From an uncultured Chloroflexia bacterium (GTDB lineage Bacteria > Chloroflexota > Limnocylindria > Limnocylindrales > CSP1-4): a stretch of DNA of 64,000 nucleotides. A program made the translations under genes and the position numbers. A model generated the notes under the pieces. The model was not told the DNA's origin. It did no database searches and saw nothing but the letters and a program-made list of their open reading frames with translations. The stretch spans positions 1,568,001-1,632,000 of the forward strand of contig CAWHDR010000001.1 of assembly GCA_963828165.1 (NCBI GenBank), in the 5' to 3' direction. Shown piece after piece: positions 42,996 to 52,247 of the stretch. The number at the start of each line of letters is the position of its first letter. Within the stretch, counting starts at the first letter, position 1.

Positions 42996-43154
42996 CCTGT
43001 CTGACGGTCTTCTCGCGTCCGGGAGCGTCTCCGTCCTCCAATCTCGGAGCGCTGCCGTTGAGCATGACTCAAGCAGCCCCCACATGGAACGACCCAACCG
43101 CGTTGTCGGGTACGAGCAGGCACGCGTACACACTAGTTTCTCCATGTTCGTCAG

Positions 43155-43179
43155 GTGACATTTCCGGACGCTTTGCGAT
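43155..43179 (+). repeat. Cassette site 4 GTGACATTTCCGGACGCTTTGCGAT
   Basis: Matches the consensus. Confidence 0.85.
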
Positions 43180-43264
43180 GCAGCCCGCGTCGTGACTCCT
43201 CGCTGCGACCGGGGCGTATGCTGCCCGGACCGAGAAGGCTTGGGCGTGGCTAACGGGAGGCGAG

Positions 43265-43561
43265 ATGGCCGAGTCGCTTACGGCGTCGCTGAACCGATGG
43301 CGAACCGGCATGCACCCCCGTGCGACTGAGATGCGGATCACCTCCCTTGGTCGCGTTCACCCTCAGCTAGGTGAAGCGCTGCGCCTGGAGATGACCCCCG
43401 CCGGTCCCGGCGGAGAGGACAGCATTCACCTGCAGTACTACATCGCGACGGACCTGGGACCTTGGGCGCTCTGGCTCTCGTGCGCACGAGAGGATGTTGC
43501 CGACTGCGAGGCTGCTCTTCGGGAGCTCACTCCTCCGTTCGCTGAGGAGCGCCAGACCTAG
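43265..43561 (+). CDS. Hypothetical protein, cassette 5
   Basis: GGAGG RBS; 98 aa; stop 10 nt before the last site. Confidence 0.62.
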   Translation: MAESLTASLNRWRTGMHPRATEMRITSLGRVHPQLGEALRLEMTPAGPGGEDSIHLQYYIATDLGPWALWLSCAREDVADCEAALRELTPPFAEERQT

Positions 43562-43571
43562 CCCGCAGCGA

Positions 43572-43596
43572 GTGACATTCCCGCACGCATTGCGAG
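43572..43596 (+). repeat. Cassette site 5 GTGACATTCCCGCACGCATTGCGAG
   Basis: Matches the consensus. Confidence 0.85.
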
Positions 43597-43677
43597 ATCG
43601 CCAGCCTGTAGCCCAAAGGTGATGCCGATAGCGGCACGGGGCCACGCGGAGCCCGCTCGCGTCAGTACGCTACACGC

Positions 43678-44556
43678 ATGGAGTCCGAGGAAGCCTGGCT
43701 GACCGAGACGCTGTACGACGACGTTCGGATGTCGATCAAGGTGGATCGGGTGCTGTTCGACAGCCAGACCGGGCATCAGCATCTCGTCGTCGCGGAAAGC
43801 GAGCGATTCGGGCGGATGTTCACGCTCGATGGCGTCACGCAGCTGACGATGGCCGACGAGTTCGTCTACCACGAGATGCTGGCGCACGTGCCGATTCTTG
43901 CCCACGGCGCGGCGCGCGACATCGGGATCGTCGGGGGTGGTGATGGCGGCCTCGTCGAGGAGGTCCTCAAGCATTCGTCGGTCGAGCACGTGACGATCGC
44001 CGAGCTCGACGCCGGCGTCATCGACTTCGCCCGAACCTACCTCCCGGACCTCAGCCACGGGGCGTTCGACGATCCTCGCGTGGAGATCGTCCTTGGTGAC
44101 GGGGCCGACTTCGTCGCGACGACCGACCAGCGGTTCGACGCCCTCGTGGTCGACTCGACCGACCCGATCGGTCCGGGCGCGGCCCTGTTCAGCCTCGACT
44201 TCTACACGAACTGCAAGCGCGTGCTGCGGCCGGGCGGCGTGCTCGTGACCCAGAACGGCGTCCCGTTCTTCCAGCCCGAGGAGCTCGAGTCATCGATGCG
44301 CTTCTTCGGCGGTCTGTTCGCCGACGCGACCTGCTACCTCGGGGTGGTGCCGACCTACGTCGGCGGGTTCATGGCCTTCGGTTGGGGCACGGATGACGTC
44401 GCGCTCCGGACCGTGCCGGTCGACATGATCCGGGAGCGGTTCGATGCGGCGGGCCTCGACACCCGTTACTACACGCCCGAGGTCCACCGGGCGAGCTTCG
44501 CCTTGCCGAGGTTCATCGGCGACATCGTGGAGCGAGGCCGCGGGTTCGGCGCCTGA
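43678..44556 (+). CDS. speE: Spermidine synthase (polyamine aminopropyltransferase)
   Basis: LDGVTQ...DEFVYHEMLAH, GGGDGG, VDSTDPIGPG, VPTY.GG, YYTPEVHRASF. Confidence 0.95.
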   Translation: MESEEAWLTETLYDDVRMSIKVDRVLFDSQTGHQHLVVAESERFGRMFTLDGVTQLTMADEFVYHEMLAHVPILAHGAARDIGIVGGGDGGLVEEVLKHSSVEHVTIAELDAGVIDFARTYLPDLSHGAFDDPRVEIVLGDGADFVATTDQRFDALVVDSTDPIGPGAALFSLDFYTNCKRVLRPGGVLVTQNGVPFFQPEELESSMRFFGGLFADATCYLGVVPTYVGGFMAFGWGTDDVALRTVPVDMIRERFDAAGLDTRYYTPEVHRASFALPRFIGDIVERGRGFGA

Positions 44557-45300
44557 TCAGCGTCGGCTGAGCCAGTCGTCCAGACGCGTCGGGGCGATGC
44601 GGGCGTCCGGTCCCGGGGTCAGGGTCCGATCGTCGAGGTGGGCGCCGAAATACGGCACGGTGTCGTCGGTGACGACCGGACGCGGGTCGCCGGCCGCGGA
44701 CAGGACCCGCCGAACCAGCTCGTCCAACCCGATCGCCTCGGGGCCAGCCACCTCAACCGTGCCGTCGATCGGCGATCCCTCGACGACGTCCGCCACGGCG
44801 ACGGCCAGGTCGCTGACCGCGATGGGCTGGAGGTTGGCCGACGGGAGTCGCACGGTGCCGTCGGTCGCGGCGGAGTCGGCGATCCCGCCGAGGAACTCGA
44901 AGAACTGGGTGGCCCGGATGATGGTGTACGGGACGCCGCCGTCCGCCACGAGGCGTTCCTGCGCGACCTTGGCCCGCATGTAGCCGCTGTCGGGCGCGCG
45001 ATCCGCACCGACGATCGACAGCACCACGTGGTGCTTGGTGCCCGCCTCGCGCTCGGCCGCCAGCAGGGTGCCGGTCGAGGTCTGGAAGAACTCGAGCACC
45101 GCGGCCTCCTCGAACGATGGCGCGTTGGAGACGTCGACGACGATCTCCGCGCCCGCCAGGCCTTCGGCCACGCCAGCACCGGAGATGGTGTCAAAGCCTG
45201 TGCTCGGTGCCGCCGCCACCGCTTCGTGCCCTCGGCGTTCTAGTTCGGCCACCACCTGCGAGCCGAGTCGCCCGGTCCCACCCACGACCACGACCTTCAT
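44557..45300 (-). CDS. NAD(P)H-binding atypical SDR (NmrA-like)
   Basis: MKVVVVGGTGRLG, LSIVG, YMRAK, RATQFFEF. Confidence 0.87.
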   Translation of the reverse strand: MKVVVVGGTGRLGSQVVAELERRGHEAVAAAPSTGFDTISGAGVAEGLAGAEIVVDVSNAPSFEEAAVLEFFQTSTGTLLAAEREAGTKHHVVLSIVGADRAPDSGYMRAKVAQERLVADGGVPYTIIRATQFFEFLGGIADSAATDGTVRLPSANLQPIAVSDLAVAVADVVEGSPIDGTVEVAGPEAIGLDELVRRVLSAAGDPRPVVTDDTVPYFGAHLDDRTLTPGPDARIAPTRLDDWLSRR

Positions 45301-45347
45301 TCGCGTTCCCCTCTGCTTCGCCGGGCTCATCGAGGGGAGAATGCTAT

Positions 45348-45773
45348 ATGTCCCGACGCAGGAAGGCTCTGACCGCGATCGTAGCGACGGGCGTGTTGGC
45401 CCTCGCGCTTGTGGCCATCAGGGTGGCGCCGCTGTTCACCGGTCCGGCCCTGCCCGCCGGCGCCGAGCGGCTGCACATCACCACGGCCGCCCCAAACCTG
45501 AACATGGGTTGCGCGACCGCCTTGCTTTCCCCAGTCCGTGTTTCGACTGACGGCGACTCGCTGACGCTTGTTGTCGTCGAATCGGGCGAGCCAGTGCGTG
45601 TCGTCTGGCCGGCCGGCTTCGGCGCGTGGCGGATCGACGGCAAGGCGGTGGTCGCCGATCCGTGGGGCAGCGTCGTCGGCAGAGAGGGGAACGTCCTCGA
45701 CGGTTTCGGTGGAGGCTACGGCTCGGACGATGTCTTCCATATCTGCCCGTTCGGCATCGTGACCGAGCGCTGA
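45348..45773 (+). CDS. Exported hypothetical protein
   Basis: N-terminal TM/signal, Cys pair, VVWPAGF. Confidence 0.6.
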   Translation: MSRRRKALTAIVATGVLALALVAIRVAPLFTGPALPAGAERLHITTAAPNLNMGCATALLSPVRVSTDGDSLTLVVVESGEPVRVVWPAGFGAWRIDGKAVVADPWGSVVGREGNVLDGFGGGYGSDDVFHICPFGIVTER

Positions 45774-45826
45774 AGCGAAGGTCAGAATGCTGGTCCTCGG
45801 GTAGGTGTAGTCAAGGGAGGCTCGCG

Positions 45827-46297
45827 ATGGATCAGGTCCCGGGTGGCGCTTTCGTGCTCGGTCCGGGCGAGGGGCGCTCGATCGACCTCGGCAACTTCAG
45901 GATGTCGGTGAAGGCGACTGGCGATGACACCAGCTCGGCGTTCACCCTGCTGGAGGCCGCCGAGCCGGCAGGTTTCGGCCCGCCGATGCACATCCACCAC
46001 GACGCGGCCGAGGCCTTCTACGTGCTCGCCGGGGAGTACCTGATCTTCCTCGAGGACCGGGAGTTCACCTGCCCGGCCGGCTCATTCATCTACATCCCGA
46101 TCGGGCTCCGCCACGGCTTTCGCGTCGGTCCCGTGCCCAGCCGGAAGCTGAACCTGTACAGCCCAGCAGCGATGGTCGGCTACTTCGATGAGCTCAGCGC
46201 GGCGATCGCGGCCGCACAGCCCGAAGCGGACCTCGACGCGATCGCGAGCCGCCACGGCATGGAGGTCGTCGGACCCGTGCCAGAGGGATACCTGTAG
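45827..46297 (+). CDS. Cupin domain protein
   Basis: GPPMHIH...EAFYVLAG...IPIGLRHGF; GGAGG RBS. Confidence 0.88.
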   Translation: MDQVPGGAFVLGPGEGRSIDLGNFRMSVKATGDDTSSAFTLLEAAEPAGFGPPMHIHHDAAEAFYVLAGEYLIFLEDREFTCPAGSFIYIPIGLRHGFRVGPVPSRKLNLYSPAAMVGYFDELSAAIAAAQPEADLDAIASRHGMEVVGPVPEGYL

Positions 46298-46299
46298 CC

Positions 46300-47074
46300 A
46301 TGCTCGATCGGGCGCGTCGGTTGCTCCGAGGCGGCGCCTCCCCCGAATCGGCGACGCGTGCCACCGGCGACGACGCGTTGACCGAAGGGCGTCTATGCGG
46401 GACCCGGACGCATCACCCACTACGTGCTCGACGGCCGGACGACGACGCTCTGCGGGAAGCAGCCCAAGGGACTGCATCGATGGGCGAGCTCGTGGTCCTT
46501 CGTCGAGCCCGGCAAGCGGTGCAAGCGCTGCGACGCGCTGATCGGGGACCGCGCGAACGAGCGTCACGGCCCGCCGACGTACGCCGACACGGCCCTGTTC
46601 GGGGTCGTGCCCCCCGGGCTCTCGGGGGAACAGCAGGTCGCGTTCCGGGCTGACTGGGAGCGGGATGCGGCCAGGCGGCGGGGCGACCCTCCACCACCGG
46701 CTGGTGCCACGTTCAGCGATCCGCCGTTCCTGTACGCCAAGGATCCATTCCGGCGGCACGGGACACGCGAGTCGACGTATGACCGGGTGATCAACGACGT
46801 GTACGTCCGGATCGGGAACGGCAAGAAGTGGCATCGGATCTACGAGACCCACCTGCCAAGCGAGAACCCGGTCCTCGCTCCGTACGGGCGGAGCTTCCTC
46901 TGCCCCTGCGGCGATGTCGCCTCGGACCTCTTCAAGGACGACAAGGGAGAGCTCTACCCGCTGCCCCTTCGAACCGACGTCCCGGATGCAGCCGAGATCT
47001 GTAAAGGCTGCGCGCAGTCCGACGCGAAGCAGGGCAAGCTGGGCGACCTCCCGACGCATCGCTGGGACCGGTGA
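46300..47074 (+). CDS. Hypothetical protein with two His/Cys zinc-binding-like modules (probable +1 frameshift near 46388)
   Basis: THY..LCG..CKRC and WH..LCPCG..CKGC; the main ORF 46424 joins ORF 46300 if one G is removed. Confidence 0.55.
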
Positions 47075-47116
47075 CAAGGGTAGGGTCATGCCGTACGATC
47101 GGTGCAGGGAGGCACC

Positions 47117-47491
47117 ATGACCAAGAAGATCGAGGGCGACGGCCCGACCACGGCCGAAACCCTGCAGGACTGGCGCAGCGCTGAGCGCGCCGCCGCCGTC
47201 GCGAGGCGAGGCCGTGTCGCCGCGGAGGCTTCAGCGGCCGCAGCGACCGATGCCGCCGACGCGGCTCTCGCCACCGCTGAGGCGGCCAAAGGTGCCCTCG
47301 AAGCGATGGTGCTCGCAGAGAAATCCGCCGCCAAGACGGCCGAGGCCGCAAAACTTGCGGCGCTCTCGGCGCGCGCCGATGTGGCCGATGCGGAGTCCGA
47401 ATCGGCGATGGCCGACGTTGACGAGGCCGAGAGCCACGATCGCTACACCGAGGCGAGCAGCCGCGCCGCACAACGCACGACCAAGTCCTGA
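47117..47491 (+). CDS. Ala-rich coiled-coil hypothetical protein
   Basis: GGAGG RBS; helical Ala/Glu-rich sequence. Confidence 0.7.
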   Translation: MTKKIEGDGPTTAETLQDWRSAERAAAVARRGRVAAEASAAAATDAADAALATAEAAKGALEAMVLAEKSAAKTAEAAKLAALSARADVADAESESAMADVDEAESHDRYTEASSRAAQRTTKS

Positions 47492-47518
47492 GGGCACCCC
47501 TCAGCAGGTCTCGCTGGG

Positions 47519-47830
47519 TCAGCTCCGGCGAACCGTCGGTCCGCGATGCACGGCCGAGGTCATCGGTGTGTCCGGACCGGTGATCTCGACGACTTCGGGG
47601 TCGGGCGTGGTGCCTGGAGCGCCGTCCATGGCGCCGCCCGGTCCCCGAGGCACCGACAACGAGTAGTGGACCGGCTCTTCCTCTTGAACGCCCTGGGGCC
47701 ATCCCGCGCCCCGATACGGCACGAATCCCGCCCCGAAGGTGTCAAGGCCGCGGGCCGTCGTCGGACTGGCGACGTACGCAACCAGCGCGGCGCCGAGGAT
47801 GACGAAAACGACAGCGGCGAAGATATCCAT
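47519..47830 (-). CDS. Small membrane-anchored hypothetical protein
   Basis: GGAGG RBS; MDIFAAVVFVILGAALVAYV; GWPQGVQEE. Confidence 0.6.
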   Translation of the reverse strand: MDIFAAVVFVILGAALVAYVASPTTARGLDTFGAGFVPYRGAGWPQGVQEEEPVHYSLSVPRGPGGAMDGAPGTTPDPEVVEITGPDTPMTSAVHRGPTVRRS

Positions 47831-47966
47831 GGTTCCTGTGCCTCCGTCGACTGTGCGCTTCTCGTACAGGACCGTCAACCGCTCTCGACCCGCTGAAAGG
47901 CGGACCGGGACGATGGGAGGCAGACTCTGCCTACGCTCAGCCGGAACAATCAGAAGGAGCGACACC

Positions 47967-48548
47967 GTGAACCTCTTCGGCCGCCGCGATCCTGAGCCCG
48001 CCACCGACCAGACCACCGACGAACAGGCCCTCGCGCGCTACCGCTACATGCTGGCGACCGCGCCGCCCGAGGACGTCGAGCGCGCCCACGAGGAAGCGTT
48101 CGCGAAGCTGACGCCGGAGCAGCGTCAGCAGGCGCTTCAGGCCCTCGCACAGCATGTCCCGGACGGCGAGATCCGCGGCGACGATCCAGCCTCGCTCGCC
48201 CGCGCGGCGACGAGGGCCGAGATCCGCCAGCCGGGCACCATCGAGCGCGCCTGGGGCTCGGGCGGTGCCGGGTTCGGCTTGGGCAGCTGGTTCATGACGA
48301 CGCTGGCCGCGAGCTTCATCGGGACCGCGATCGCGCAATCCTTCTTCGACAACGATCCGGGTACTTCCGGCGACGGGCAATCGGCCGACGACGGCAGCCA
48401 GGGCTCGGACGGCGGCGAGACGGCGGATACCGGCTCGACCGACTCAGGGGATGGTGGTGACTTCGGCGGCGACGCCGGGGGAGGCGACTTCGGCGGCGGC
48501 GATCTCGGGGGAGGCGACTTCGGCGGCGGCGACTTCGGCGGCTTCTGA
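47967..48548 (+). CDS. Hypothetical protein with Gly/Asp-rich GGGDF-repeat tail
   Basis: AAGGAG RBS; ARYRYML.TAPPE.VERAHEEAFAKLT; 15-bp repeats at the 3' end. Confidence 0.75.
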   Translation: MNLFGRRDPEPATDQTTDEQALARYRYMLATAPPEDVERAHEEAFAKLTPEQRQQALQALAQHVPDGEIRGDDPASLARAATRAEIRQPGTIERAWGSGGAGFGLGSWFMTTLAASFIGTAIAQSFFDNDPGTSGDGQSADDGSQGSDGGETADTGSTDSGDGGDFGGDAGGGDFGGGDLGGGDFGGGDFGGF

Positions 48549-48560
48549 GCGTGGCGGCGT

Positions 48561-49760
48561 TCAACGCCCCGTGGACACCCTGCTCTCGAATCCCTCGATC
48601 AGGTCGAACAGCTCGTCCGCAGCGTACTGCTTGTCGTAGCCGCCCTGGCTGATCTGCCGGATGACGCCGGCTCCGGCGAGGACCTTGAGGCCCTCGAGTG
48701 CCCGTTGGTGGCGCGCGCCGATCGCGGCCCGGATCGTCGACGCAGACGTGATCGGTTGGGCCGGCAGCACGCCGATGATCCGCGCGGCCGCGGAATCGCG
48801 GCGCGGTCGCCCGGCTCGCTCGTACCAGGCGGCCTCGAGGTCCGCGACCCGCCCGGCGAGGTCGACCGACGATTCGGCGGCCCGGGTGCAGGCAGCGGCG
48901 AACGACGCGCACCACTGGTCCAGTCGACCGTCGCGGAACCCGACAAGGCCGTCGACGTAGGCGTGCGGCCGAGCGGCCAGTACGATCGAGACCGGCGGCA
49001 CGAACGCCGGGGCGATCCCGCGCCGGCGCAACAGCACGTGGATGAGCGCCCGGCCCACGCGCCCGTTGCCGTCGACGAAGGGATGGATCGTCTCGAACTG
49101 GGCATGGGCGATGGCGGCCTGGGCCACGGGCGGCAGGTCGTCGCGGTTCATGAAATAGACCAGGTCGAGCATCAGCGACTCGACCTCATCCTCCGGCGGC
49201 GGGACGTAGCGGGCGTCGGCCGGCGTCGTGAGTCGGCCACCGAGCCAGTTCTGTTCGCGACGGAACGAACCGGGCATGATCCGCGGCGATTCTGCGGCCA
49301 TGAGTGTCCGATGGATCGCCAGGACATCCTCCGTCGTGAGCGCGGACCCTCGATCGCCAAGGGCGATGGCCTCTTCCATCGCGACGACATTGGCGGCGAC
49401 GGCTCGTGCGCTTCCCTTGGCGGCACGAGGGTCGATCAGCGCGCGAGCGAGGTTGCGTTGGCTGAGCTCGATGCCCTCGATGCGGCTCGACGCGATCGCC
49501 TCCGAGCGCAGGAGGAGCGGCCCGATCGCCTCGAGTCCTCGCACGCGTTCGTCGGCGTTGAGCTGCCCGATCGCGAGCTCGGCGTCGTTGATCGAGCGTG
49601 CCGTGTCGAAGCTCACCGCCGGATCGATCCTCGCGATCAGAGCCGGCAGGAACGCGCGGTAGACGAAGCCTTCGCCGCGCTTGCGGCCACCCGCGACACC
49701 GAGATCGCCCTCCCAGTGCCGCTCGACCCAACTCACGTTCCCGTCATTCCTCCGTGCCAA
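48561..49760 (-). CDS. Fic family protein
   Basis: HPFVDGNGRVGR Fic motif; N-terminal inhibitory SSRIEG motif; C-terminal wHTH-like region. Confidence 0.92.
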   Translation of the reverse strand: MARRNDGNVSWVERHWEGDLGVAGGRKRGEGFVYRAFLPALIARIDPAVSFDTARSINDAELAIGQLNADERVRGLEAIGPLLLRSEAIASSRIEGIELSQRNLARALIDPRAAKGSARAVAANVVAMEEAIALGDRGSALTTEDVLAIHRTLMAAESPRIMPGSFRREQNWLGGRLTTPADARYVPPPEDEVESLMLDLVYFMNRDDLPPVAQAAIAHAQFETIHPFVDGNGRVGRALIHVLLRRRGIAPAFVPPVSIVLAARPHAYVDGLVGFRDGRLDQWCASFAAACTRAAESSVDLAGRVADLEAAWYERAGRPRRDSAAARIIGVLPAQPITSASTIRAAIGARHQRALEGLKVLAGAGVIRQISQGGYDKQYAADELFDLIEGFESRVSTGR

Positions 49761-49822
49761 GCGTGACGCCTTAAAGCGAAACCATAGCCTAAACCGTCAA
49801 AGTGCGGGTCCAAAGTGACGGG

Positions 49823-51097
49823 TTAGCCGAGTCGCTGGCGCAGCGCCGTGGCGAATCGGCGGCTGATCGTGTCGGGGTCGAACCGCCGAGCGGTTGCGAG
49901 GGCCGCATCCCGGGCGGTCGTGGTCAAGAGACCATCCACGCGCCGGAGCGCCGCACCGAGGGCGGCCCGGTCTTCGGGCTCGAAGGTGATGGCGGCGTCA
50001 GACCCGACGGTCTCCGAGACATGGGGCGAAGCGGCCGCGATCACAGGTCGTCCGAACGACAGCGCCAGCAACAGCGCGCCCGAGTTCAGCGAGGACCGAT
50101 AGGGCAACACGATGACGTCGCTGGCACGCAGCGGGGTCGACAGCTCGTCGACCGGGATGCGACGCGCATCGACGACGACATCGGGATGGGCTCGCGCCCG
50201 CGCAAGGAGCGCCTCGATCGACGGATCGGCACTCGGTGTCCCGGCGATCAACAGTCGACGTCGCCGCGTGTCCGGTGGCGCGGCCGCCACCGACACGAAC
50301 GCGTCGAGCAGCTCGTCGAGACCCTTGTATGGGCGGAGGTGACCGACGAGCGCGAACACGATGTCGTTCTCGCCCAGGCCGTAGGTGCGCCGTGCATCCG
50401 CATCCGACACGTCGTCCGGGTAGACCCCGAGGTAGGCGGGGTGGGGGAGGTGGAACACCTTGTCCGCCGGGATCTCGTACAGGGATGCTGCTGCCGCCAC
50501 CGTGCCCTCGGACAGGACATGCACGACGTCGGCGCGGGCCACGACGCCACGTCGCAGCTCGACGTCCACAGTCGGGAACGGCGTGTCGTGGGGGAGGACG
50601 TTGTGTGCCGTCCAGACGATGCGCCCACCGGCCGCCCGGAACGCGTCGAGCGCGCCGAGGAAGGCCGCGACGCGCTGTCGCCCGTCGTTTTCGGACGTTG
50701 CGCCACGCAGCACGCGGGCGAGCCAATGCAGGTGCAGGACGACGTCCACGTCATCGGCCTTCAGCGCGACGAGCGCCGGCAGCGCGACGGGATCGTCGAG
50801 GTCGGCCAGACGGTCCATGCCGACCGGCACGAGCCCGGCCTCCTCGAAACGGCTGGTGAGCAGGGCCTGGAACGGGTTCTGGGCATCGAGCGGCCAGGTC
50901 GCCACGACCATCGGTCGGTCGTGGCCGGCAGCGCGGACGCGCGCGATCCCCTCGGTGGCGTCGGCGAGGTAGCGGCGTTTCGGTCGCGACCCGCCCGGCC
51001 CGCTCGGCCCGCTCGACCCGCTCGGCCCGCCTGGCTCGGCCTCGTCGCTGGCGGCTCCGCGCAGCAATCGGCGGATCGTCTGGCGAAGGTCCGGCAT
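49823..51097 (-). CDS. Glycosyltransferase family 4
   Basis: HLHW, WTAHNVLPHD, GHLRPYKG, LPY..SLNSGALLLALSFG; TATCCT 8 nt upstream of ATG. Confidence 0.87.
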   Translation of the reverse strand: MPDLRQTIRRLLRGAASDEAEPGGPSGSSGPSGPGGSRPKRRYLADATEGIARVRAAGHDRPMVVATWPLDAQNPFQALLTSRFEEAGLVPVGMDRLADLDDPVALPALVALKADDVDVVLHLHWLARVLRGATSENDGRQRVAAFLGALDAFRAAGGRIVWTAHNVLPHDTPFPTVDVELRRGVVARADVVHVLSEGTVAAAASLYEIPADKVFHLPHPAYLGVYPDDVSDADARRTYGLGENDIVFALVGHLRPYKGLDELLDAFVSVAAAPPDTRRRRLLIAGTPSADPSIEALLARARAHPDVVVDARRIPVDELSTPLRASDVIVLPYRSSLNSGALLLALSFGRPVIAAASPHVSETVGSDAAITFEPEDRAALGAALRRVDGLLTTTARDAALATARRFDPDTISRRFATALRQRLG

Positions 51098-51142
51098 ACC
51101 GGCGAAGGATAGGTGACGGACGCGTCGTTCATACTTGGGCCG

Positions 51143-52246
51143 ATGCCCCGACACCTCGCCCACGTCATCGGCGCTCGCCCGAATTTCATCAAGGCGGCAC
51201 CGGTCATCCGGGCCCTGCGCGAGCGCGGCGTACCCCAGCGGATCGTGCACACCGGCCAGCACTACGACGAGCTGATGTCGGACGTGTTCTTCCGCGATCT
51301 CGAGATCCCGGCGCCGGACGTGAACCTCGCCGTCGGCTCGGGGACGCACGGGGAGCAGACCGCAGCGGCGATGGTCGGTCTCGAGCGCGAATGGACGGCC
51401 GATCCGCCGGCCCTCGCCGTCCTCTACGGCGACGTCAACAGCACACTCGCCGCGAGTCTCGTGGCGGCCAAGCTTGGCGTACCGAGCGCACACGTCGAGG
51501 CCGGACTGCGCTCGTTCGACCGCTCGATGCCCGAGGAGATCAACCGGGTCGTCAGCGACCTGCTGGCGGAGCTGCACTTCACGACGAGCCCGGAAGCGGA
51601 GGGCCTGCTGCGGGCGAGTGGCGTCCCCGCGGACCGGATCCGCTTCGTCGGCAATCCGATGATCGACACGCTGCTCGTGCAGCGCGCACAGTTCGATCCG
51701 GCCGGCGAGCGCGAGCGTCTCGGACTGCCGGAGGCGTACGGGGTCGTGACGCTGCACCGGCCCTCGAACGTGGACGGCGAGGCGAGCGCTCGCGCGGTGG
51801 TGGCGGCGCTCGACGGCCTCTCGGCGCTGCTGGCGCTCGTGATCCCGCTGCACCCGCGCGGACGATCCACGCTGGAGGCGGCGGGTCTGCGCGACAGCGA
51901 TCGACTGCGCATCGTGGAGCCGCTGGGGTACGTGGCGTTCCTGTCGCTCGTCGCCGGGGCGCGGCTCGTCCTCACGGACTCGGGCGGGATCCAGGAGGAG
52001 ACGACGATGCTCGACGTCCCGTGCCTGACGATGCGGCCCAACACGGAACGGCCGATCACGATCTCGCACGGCACGAACCGGCTGGTCGCGCCCGGCGAGG
52101 TGGTGCCGGCCGCGCGCGAGATCCTGGATGGACCGGTGCGGCCAGGCGGTCCGCGACCGCCCTTGTGGGATGGTCACGCGGGCGACCGGATCGCAGACGA
52201 GATCGTCGACTGGCTGGCGCTTCGCGCGGCCGGTTCCGCCGCCTGA
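51143..52246 (+). CDS. wecB: UDP-N-acetylhexosamine 2-epimerase, non-hydrolysing (WecB/WbpI-like), copy 1
   Basis: GARPNFIK, HTGQHYD, GDVNST, HVEAGLRS..MPEE.NR, TDSGGIQEE. Confidence 0.9.
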   Translation: MPRHLAHVIGARPNFIKAAPVIRALRERGVPQRIVHTGQHYDELMSDVFFRDLEIPAPDVNLAVGSGTHGEQTAAAMVGLEREWTADPPALAVLYGDVNSTLAASLVAAKLGVPSAHVEAGLRSFDRSMPEEINRVVSDLLAELHFTTSPEAEGLLRASGVPADRIRFVGNPMIDTLLVQRAQFDPAGERERLGLPEAYGVVTLHRPSNVDGEASARAVVAALDGLSALLALVIPLHPRGRSTLEAAGLRDSDRLRIVEPLGYVAFLSLVAGARLVLTDSGGIQEETTMLDVPCLTMRPNTERPITISHGTNRLVAPGEVVPAAREILDGPVRPGGPRPPLWDGHAGDRIADEIVDWLALRAAGSAA

Positions 52247-52247
52247 C

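Larger units (their letters stand above)
40761..43596 (+). mobile_element. Putative gene-cassette array delimited by 25-bp direct repeats
   Basis: Sites at 40761 (half), 41102, 42095, 42444, 43155 and 43572; one ORF per interval; visibly more A/T-rich than the flanks. Confidence 0.6.

Noticed and set aside
40761-43596. CRISPR array interpretation of the 25-bp repeats
   Set aside because: Intervals are 341-993 bp and contain genes, the repeats are degenerate, and no cas genes are present.
40761-43596. Classical integron or CALIN
   Set aside because: No intI, no RYYYAAC...GTTRRRY attC hairpins seen, and genes occur in both orientations.
47071-47095. GTGACAAG overlapping a stop codon as a seventh cassette site
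   Set aside because: Only 6 bp match; the GSAC core and TTGCGA arm are absent.
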